Below are positions 52,510-60,479 of a DNA stretch of 60,479 nucleotides, piece by piece. Origin of the DNA: Octopus bimaculoides (Eukaryota); contig NC_068993.1 in assembly GCF_001194135.2 (NCBI RefSeq), positions 23,128,971 to 23,189,449 of the forward strand, in the 5' to 3' direction. A program made the translations under genes and the position numbers. The notes beneath the pieces are model-generated. The model had not been told where the DNA came from, made no database searches, and worked only from the letters and a program-made list of their open reading frames with translations. How positions within the stretch are numbered: the stretch's first letter is position 1; each line of letters begins with the position of its first letter.

Positions 52510-53535
52510 CAGGGGTTGGACAAAATAATGGAAACACCTAGCATCATAGCATCGTAATTTTCAAATATCAATGAAACAGTTAAAAGCTTGTTTTTTAATG
52601 TTTTTTTTTTATTTATTATTATTGTTGCTTAATATATTTTGTTAAAATTGCTATTTCTTTTCAGATATCATCCAATAAAAGGTAATTAAATTCGGTAAAA
52701 TGACAAATATATTGAACGTAAACAGGTCAAACTGTTGGTGCTTGTAATGCAGGCGCTAGCGTAACACAAACAGCCGAAATGTTTGGTCTATCCATAAGTA
52801 CTGTCTCCAAAATAATGACAGCCTTTGAGAAAGAGGGAAAGCCTCCTCGTCAAAACAAAGCTCCAGAAGAAAACCAAAACATTCAGATAGGGACCGTACA
52901 ACTCATACGCCAATTTTTAGAAAGGATCACAAAAGTACAGCTACCAAAAGTACTACAGAGCTTAGTGATCACCTCGAGAACCCAGTTTCCCCCCAAACTG
53001 TTCGCCTGGAGGTGCACAAAGCCGGAATTCACAGGAGGGATGCAATCAGAAAACTTCTACTTTCAAAAATAAACGTTTCAAAGCGTTTAGAGTGGAGTAA
53101 TAACCTACAAAATTGGCCCCTAGAGCACTGAAAGAATGTTATTTTCTCGACGAGTCATCCTTTACCTTATTTCTGACCACCGGCCAAGTGTATGTGTGGA
53201 GACAGTCAAAAGAAGCATTCGACCCAGACTGCCTTCTTCCAACCGTTAAACATGGAGGAGGATTTGTGATGATCTAGTGGAGGGGGGGACTATATCTTGG
53301 ACATTTGCTGGCCCAATGGTTTTCCTTCATGGCAGAATTAATAGCCAAGACTATTTAAGTATTTTATCTGATCAAATCCATCTTATGGTTGCGGAAATGT
53401 TTCCGGAGCGAAACGCAATCTTACAGGATGATAATGCACGAAATCACACTGCTAAATTTGTTACTGAATGGCACAAGGAACATTCTGGTAAAGTTGAACA
53501 TATTATCTAGCCACCACAGTCCCCAGATCTCAATA
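52510..53535 (+). mobile_element. Tc1 transposon (5' TIR plus transposase pseudogene), 3' truncated
   Basis: TA|CAGGGGTTGGACAAAATAATGGAAACACC TIR at 52510. HTH GASVTQTAEMFGLSISTVSKIM, then NVIFS/DES, PTVKHGGGFVMI, LQDDNARNH, *PPQSPDLN, where homology stops. Confidence 0.92.
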
Positions 53536-53935
53536 AAACGAAACAGGAAAACGAAACAGTGAAAACAATCAAAAAAGGCCAAACGGCCAGACGTGAAAAT
53601 ATGTGTGTATACTGAACGCCGTGGAGCAACGAACTGGAAGGAGACGGGACGAAGAACGTTCCTGTGTGCTTGGCCAGGCCAAGATATGAAAATAATTAGT
53701 AGCTGGACACATGTGACCAGCGAAGAGTAGGGAGAAAGAGTGGTAGGAGAAAAAGGGGAGGAAGTAGAATATAGATTAGCAACGAGAGACAGGGAGGAAG
53801 AGATAGATATAGTAGTAACAGAAGGAAGAACGAGAGGGGGAGAAAGATACGAAGATAGATAGAGTCGCGTCAGAAATAAAAAGTTCAAAACTTACTTGCA
53901 GGGATGACGCGTGCGTTCGATCATGTAATACAAAT
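53536..53935. other. Unclassified ~400-bp purine-rich (plus strand) insertion truncating the Tc1 element
   Basis: Abrupt switch right after ccccagatctcaat; GA-rich block at 53720-53870; no recognisable protein motif. Confidence 0.45.
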
Positions 53936-54067
53936 AACAAATGAGTATATGCATATATACGTACATGTATGTACATACCTACATCTACATGTATATATAG
54001 ATGCATATCTGGGTACAGGACGTTTCAAAAAAACGTGGACAAAATGATAAACAGAGTAGAGAAAACT

Positions 54068-54135
<68 letters not shown>

Positions 54136-54482
54136 TATACACACACACACACACACACACANNNNNNNNNNNNNNNNNNNNNNNNNNNNNNNNNNNNNNN
54201 NNNNNNNNNNNNNNNNNNNNNNNNNNNNNNNNNNNNNNNNNNNNNNNNNNNNNNNNNNNNNNNNNNNNNNNNNNNNNNNNNNNNNNNNNNNNNNNNNNNA
54301 CAAAGTGTAAGTACGCGGCTATATTTTATATACAAAATGGGACAAGACCGCAAAACTCCCGGTCAGTTAGGTGATACCAAAACGGGACAAAAAAACGACA
54401 GACGATGCAAAGAAGACAAGGACTGGTCACACCCCCAACACGCACATATACATAGAGAAAAAGAGACAGCAAAATGGAGAAT

Positions 54483-54660
54483 ATCTTTAACTTAAGCAAA
54501 TTATTTACGTATATAAAAGATAATAAGAAATATGAATCTGCCTGGGAAATAATTCGTAGAGCCAAACTATAAAGAAGAGGAAGCAAACGGCGCAAATTGG
54601 GTGTTGAAGAATTTTCACAAATTTTTACATCAAAATACAAAAGAAAGAATAGATTGGAGA
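54483..54660 (+). mobile_element. Penelope-like GIY-YIG C-terminal remnant
   Basis: IFNLSKLFTYIKDNKKYESAWEIIRRAKL*RRGSKRRKLGVEEFSQIFTSKYKRKNRLE resembles the TxLSKxIWxLKD..Y.I.W.I..A..Y..GxKxCxLCxxEK..I..LNxRxE tail of Penelope/Poseidon ORFs; the Cys residues are lost. Confidence 0.5.
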
Positions 54661-55300
54661 GCGTGTACGATGAATTCATCTGTCTAAATATAGAGATGAT
54701 CGATTTATGTGATTGCATGCTACATAATACTAAAATTAGAATAGAAATCAAGTAAACGATAACAAGTAAAGTAGTTGAATAAATATAAATTCCTAATAAA
54801 TATTAAAGAACAATAGGGGAATAAAATTAACCATATCCACAAATTTAATTCATTATAAAATTAGCAAATTAAATAATATAACAGTAGCTATTTATTAACA
54901 TTAATAGTAATAATGTTAAGTGTAGTAGTGGAAGTAGTAGTGATAGGAATGATAATAATAGTAACAATAATAACATCAACATACATTAAAAAAACTGACA
55001 CAAAATATACTGCCATTTACCATTTGAAGGATAAAATCCATTTGCTGTCTTGTGACCCAGTTGTTGGATAGCTAGTCACTTATTTTCCTAACCAGCAAAG
55101 TTGAAAAGTTCAGAATTTAGGCTATTTTTAGAATACTAACACCAATTGCATGAAATACTGGATTTGTGTTTAGAACAGATGGGTTCTGAAACGCACCCTG
55201 AAGAAGCTGCAATTAATACTAAATCGTGCTGCAAGCTGCAAAATTTTGCAGTGTGCACTTAGTTGCAGGAGAAACATATGTAGGTGCAGAAATAGAAAGA

Positions 55301-56234
55301 CGGGAACTAGTTGGTTTGGCTGCCAACATTTCAAAAATTGAAGTCCATCGAAAATTTTAAAATTTGGCAAAATAATATAATTAAAAAAGTTTAAATACTT
55401 GAGTGATTTAACTTTTCCTGGAAACGTGTTCCGGGAGAGTTATAGGGGTCATTCCCACCCAGTCAGGAAACAAGATTTGGAAGGTGTCATTTTGTGTATT
55501 TCATCGTCAACATCCTGAAAATAGCAGGTGTTGTCAATATTTGTAAACAACACATCTTTTATTTATAATAGTCGGATAGGTATCCTCATTTTGTTTGTTG
55601 TTATCGCAACGTTTCAGCTGTTATATTCTCCAGCCTTCATCAGGTGTTCTGGTCAGGTGTTCTGTCTGGACACCTATCCATCCATTATAAATAACGTACA
55701 TAATTTCTCATCTCAAAAATATAGAATAGTATCAACACTTCATGTGTAGTCTGAAACATTAACTATCCGTTTAATGCGGTAGCAGTAGCTTAAAACATTG
55801 ATCCAAAAAACGTTATTTAGCTGTTGTTTTTAGCCCACTACACAACCATCTCAATGACAAAGCGAAACGAGTAAACAAGTAGTTTTATGCATTCAATATG
55901 CATTTAATACAAATGCAATGAACAACACATGCGATTCATGAGATAAACAAAAGGGTTCTTGGCTCCACATGTTACTATGGAAAGCGGCACGTCTTTCTCG
56001 CAGTCAAAAGAGTTCTCCAGTTCCGTTTTTAACAATGGAAACAGGAATGAATGTGTCTGTGGCTTGCAATTGGTTAAAATACCAAAATTTTGAAATTTTA
56101 ATTGCTTTTTAATTATTGATTTATAGCGAGAATGATTTTCACGTCATTCATTAGCCAATAAAAGTGTATCATTATATTGAATATGAAATTCATTCGAACA
56201 GAAATTATGCAGGCAGCCAAACCAAATAGATCCG
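55301..56234. mobile_element. Putative non-autonomous DNA element bounded by ~24-bp inverted repeats
   Basis: cgggaactagttggtttggctgcc (55301-55324) versus the reverse complement of ggcagccaaaccaaatagatccg (56212-56234). Confidence 0.45.
55561..55730 (-). mobile_element. Hammerhead-SINE 3' fragment with an inverted partial duplicate
   Basis: Minus strand 55663-55561: aacacCTGATGAaggctggagaatataacagctGAAACGTTgcgataacaacaaacaaaatgaggatacctatcc. Plus strand 55668-55730 repeats the SINE 3' end ggacacctatcc..aataacgtacataatttctcatctcaaaaatatagaa. Confidence 0.85.
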
Positions 56235-56339
56235 AAAACTGTGACTTCACTGCAGAATAAAACTGGATATATAAATCTCTGTTCTTATTATTAATATATA
56301 TATATATATATTAATAATATATTTCAGGAAATCACTTTT

Positions 56340-56900
56340 GGGGGATGCTGTAGGGCTGTGCCGTCGAATTTTGCTTAATCTCCTCTTTTGACAGGAGTGT
56401 TTTTTTGAGTGATTTTCTGAACTTTGGGAATAGCCAAAAGATGCACGGAGCTAAGTCTAGGGAGTAGGAAGCCTGACAAACAAGTGGTGTATTGTGATTG
56501 ACAAGAACTTCTTGGACGATTGGGGGAATGAGCGGGTACGTTGTAATGGTGGAGTTGCCAGTTGTTTGCTGCCCACAATCTCCTCAATAGTTAAACGACG
56601 GTTTTTGTAGATTATTCCTCGAATCTTTGCAATCATTTCGTCGTTGCTGCTGGTCGATGGTTTGCCACAACGTGGCTCAATGCCCACTGAGGTGCGGCCA
56701 TCCTTAAAAGGTTGTACCACTACTTTATTTGCGTTTTTTCCATAGCATCATCTCCAAAGGCTTTCTGAATATTCTCGACAATCTGGCCTTGCGTATCACC
56801 AACATTTTGGTTGAATTTGATACAGTATCTTTGTTCAATGCGCTCGGTCATCTTCACTCAGAAGGAAAAATCACCCAGCGCACTCTTCACGTCTGCACTC
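56340..56900 (-). mobile_element. Internally deleted mariner element
   Basis: MTERIEQRYCIKFNQNVGDTQGQIVENIQKAFGDDAMEKTQIK (from 56851), PFKDGRTSVGIEPRCGKPSTS..RRLTIEEI joined to WQLHHYNVPAHS..YSLDLAPCIFWLFPKFRKSLK. Confidence 0.88.
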
Positions 56901-58431
56901 AACGGGTCACTGTGGGCGAATGGCGCAACCTACATACACGGAAATTTTTCCGCATGTATAGGAAGGACGTGGTCACCTAATACCCGTGCGGATTTTGCTC
57001 ACGCATTGTTGTGTTGTACAAAACAATCAAAGTCACTTTTTGACTACACCTCGTATATTACCCCGCGTATGTATTTGTATTACTCGGTGTACATATAATC
57101 AATGTTGGGAGCACACTATAACATACACGGATCTTTATACCATTACCGTGTCAAAGTTTTTGTTTCGATTATACGAAATTGTCTAATGTCCGATGTATAG
57201 GTGGCGCTGAAAGTGCATTTACACAAAGTAGAAACATAATATCACTTTACTCCCGGTGTTATCTGCGCTTTCCTAAAGTACAAAGATTGTTTCTTTTGAA
57301 TTCTGCAAGTGAGTTAATAAACTGATTTTCTGACTTATGTAATTTCGCTTCCTGTCCACAACATTCCTCTGTCAAAGATTCTATCGTATTTCAGATCTCA
57401 AAAAGTTAGCATTACATTGAGTGATGAAACGGTATATATTGGAATAATTACTACAAATTAATAGTAAATATTTTAGCTTACCTCTAAAAAGAAGGCCTAG
57501 CCCTTAAAAGAATCTTAAAATAAGGACCCTCTGAATTTGCGATTAATTCCATTTCGTTCAAGAATTTAGTTTCGCAGGTGAAAAAAGTTCACCAATCAGA
57601 AACCTCGTCACTCAATCGGAGGACACCCTATATAATATGTAATATACAAGAAAAATCAACAATCTTTGTATTTTTCGCAGCCTCGGTTAAACTTATGTGA
57701 ATTGAAACGCTTATATAGATTGCAAAGCAGCAGTAAGGTAGTTTAACAAACATAAGTAATCTATGTTGAAAAACGATGAAAATCACACGTATTTTATGGA
57801 AAACATTGCTTTGTATGCACGCATGCTTATTCACAAATTACTTGCACATATAGCTAGTTAAAAAAGTACACACAAATTGCAACATATATACACACATGAA
57901 AAGTTTCTCTTATAATCAATGACGATATTCCTTTCAATGAAAATGCAATATTCGACCACTGGAGTTGAATTCAACTGACATTTCGTTTCCATACATACGA
58001 AGATGTCTTGTATACAAAATAAACAAAAAGATATTAGATCGGTTGGACTAAGCTCCAAAATAACTTTGTATCATTTTTACCAGTAAAATATGAATTTTAG
58101 AATGACTGTGATTCATATTTACATAAACGTCGTATAAGAAGAAATACTAAGCCGTTGCATATATTCAACAGCACTTTGATTTCTCATATGTATGTTGCTC
58201 GAAGAATCAATTCTATAAACGTGTACATACAATTCTATACACCGAGAAACGCATAAACAAAGACACAACACACAAACATATATGCACTCAAACATTTGTA
58301 CAATGGACGTTGCATATATAAATAGCTAATTTGGTTTTCAGAGTAGTCTGTGTTGATACGAAAAAATATAACATATGCGATTATTGCTGGCTGTCAAGTT
58401 ATATGCTAATCAATATCAATACACACACAAC

Positions 58432-58471
<40 letters not shown>

Positions 58472-58904
58472 NNNNNNNNNNNNNNNNNNNNNNNNNNNNN
58501 NNNNNNNNNNNNNNNNNNNNNNNNNNNNNNNNNNNNNNNNNNNNNNNNNNNNNNNNNNNNNNNNNNNNNATATATACGTATATATGTATATACGTATATA
58601 TATACGTATATATGTTTGCGTGTGGAAAGAGAGAGACCACTTTACACAATATACGAGAAATGTAAGCTCTATAAATATACAATCTTATACATAATGACAT
58701 TACGAATGCAGAGTATATCCTATTAAACTCATTGGAGGAAAAAATTAAGAAACAAAAATATACTCAATAGAAACCGAAATCTCACTATATGGAACGTATG
58801 CGACACAATTTTGTAAGAAACAAATATAGGAATTCTGAATAAATATATATATGTGGTGCACCAGCATGACCGCAGCCACTTGGCTGAAACACATAAATAA
58901 ATAA

Positions 58905-58982
<78 letters not shown>

Positions 58983-59344
58983 ATATATGTATGTATATAA
59001 GATGACGTACCCGGTAATTACTGAGAAAGCGGGGCCTATCCCTTGGTTCCGTAATCATAAATGTTTCGCTAATCCAATAACGTCAGTACAAAGTATGAAA
59101 ACCTTAAAACGGTTTGTGTGCATTTACAGGGAATACCAAATTAATTGTCTTTCACAGGATCTTGTTTTTAGGAATTCCCAATAACTTATGAATACCCAAA
59201 TTGTGAAGTTGAGTAATAACATGAAATTAGTTATCCGATAGTAAGAATTCAAATCAAGTAACCTCGAAAAGGGCTTTAATGTGTTCGAAGTGTATATAGA
59301 ACATAAGAGGAAATACTAATATTAAATTCGTGAACCATGATACG

Positions 59345-59405
59345 TAGTATCTCGGAGTGGTTAATAGCGCGGGCTACTAACACCAAGATTCCAAGCAGTG
59401 ACATG
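59345..59405 (+). mobile_element. 5' tRNA-like head of the hammerhead SINE, B box partly deleted
   Basis: gagtggttaatagcgcgggctactaacaccaagattccaagcagtgacatgaat aligns with 44898-44963 and runs into (TAA)n. Confidence 0.75.
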
Positions 59406-59670
59406 AATAATAATAATAATAATAATAATAAGAAGAAGAAGAAGAAGAAGAAGAAGAAAAAGAAGAAGAAGAAGAAGAAGAAGAAGAAGAAGAAGAAGAA
59501 GAAGAAGAAGAAGAAGAAGAAGAAGAAGAAGAAGAAGAAGAAGAAGAAGAAGAAGAAGAAGAAGAAGAAGGAGAAGAAGAAGAAGAAGAAGAAGAAGAAG
59601 AAGAAGAAGAAGAAGAAGAAGAAGAAGAAGAAGAAGAAAAAGAAGAAGAAGAAGAAAAATAATAATAATT
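59406..59670 (+). repeat. Compound (TAA)n(GAA)n(TAA)n microsatellite
   Basis: Directly visible. Confidence 0.95.
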
Positions 59671-60257
59671 CATGCCTGGATGCAATACCAGGCAGTGGCT
59701 CTCATGGCTTCTGATCTTAATTGATTGGAAGTGTTATCATGTACATTGTTTTGTCTTGGTATAAAAAGATGGGCTACAGAAAGTATTCTGCTCAATACCA
59801 CGAATTTGCATGTCAGTTGTTTGACCTTAACCAGTTGAGCCTGTCCCTTGGTGGCTGACAATATGGGCATCTCTGATCATGAGCAGAAGTAGTGGGGGAG
59901 CATCATAGCCATGTGTTGAGAGGAATTCTTTGGGGTTTGAATAATTCACCTTTGGAAACATGGGTGTTTTGCTCATCATCCTTAAACAAACCTTATTCAG
60001 TGACCTTTTGAACGGGATGGTCTACTCGACCTGAACAAAATTCTAACTGGGCCCCACCTGTGAGGTCATGCACTGTTTATCTTGATATGAGATGACCATG
60101 ATGCGCACATATGGTTGTGATGCATATGCCTGGTGTACCCTTATCAGACGGGTAGTCATGATGGCTATACTGGGCTTCGTATATTTTACCCCAGTGTCAC
60201 TTTGATGGCATGCACTGCTCTCTCACTCAATAATAATAATAATAATAATAATAATAA
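59671..60257 (+). mobile_element. 3' terminal fragment of an unclassified retroelement ending in (TAA)n
   Basis: About 560 bp of GC-richer non-coding sequence bounded by TAA runs on both sides, ending ctctctcactcaa(TAA)n like a non-LTR 3' UTR. Family not determined. Confidence 0.55.
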
Positions 60258-60479
60258 GTTGACATTGATGCCACCATAGAAACCATCAAGCAAAAGGTAT
60301 GTGCTAAAGCTGCCCGCAGAGCAAGGTATGAAAAGCGTGTTAGATTCTTCCGAGATAATAACATGTTCAACAATAACCCCAAAAATTTCTACAGGAAGAT
60401 AGGGAAAACACCAGTAGCAATAAAGTCTGTCCCATCAAAAGAAGAAGTGCAAGAATGTTGGAATAAAATCTGGGCAGAA
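60258..60479 (+). mobile_element. 5'-truncated R4/Dong-like ORF starting right after (TAA)n and running off the window
   Basis: Open 74 codons VDIDATIETIKQKVCAKAARRARYEKRVRFFRDNNMFNNNPKNFYRKIGKTPVAIKSVPSKEEVQECWNKIWAE match the pre-RT KQKxxAKxxRxxRY..NxxFxxNxKxFYR..P...FWxxIW region of the R4 clade. Confidence 0.8.

Noticed and set aside
59337-59714. Poly-Lys / poly-Ser ORFs, and the poly-Arg/Phe ORFs at 48.4 kb
   Set aside because: They are translations of (GAA)n/(TTC)n microsatellites.

Overview
AT-rich, microsatellite-dense metazoan genomic DNA with many N-gaps next to (TA)n tracts. The SINE repertoire and repeat style suggest an octopod cephalopod (inference). I found no host protein-coding exon. 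Most long ORFs in the supplied track are microsatellite or N artefacts, and the rest are transposon relics: six mariner remnants, Tc1, piggyBac, Chapaev3, a Gypsy LTR element with its 3' LTR and PPT, three R4/Dong-type RLE non-LTR pieces, two Penelope-like (PLE, GIY-YIG) fragments, a CR1/Jockey-like RT fragment, several tRNA-derived SINEs and MITE-like inverted repeats. The main finding is a tRNA-headed SINE built as tRNA head, (TAA)n, minimal type-I hammerhead ribozyme, 3' hairpin. It has five full or partial copies here, and the copy at 44886-45260 has an intact catalytic core. One copy is fused directly to a Neptune-type PLE ORF and another has a PLE-like inverted structure. In two copies the internal (TAA)n appears to have been the landing pad for R4/Dong elements. 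A second tRNA-headed element and a GC-rich island also carry hammerhead-like motifs. All family calls come from manual translation and motif recognition; no database searches were run.
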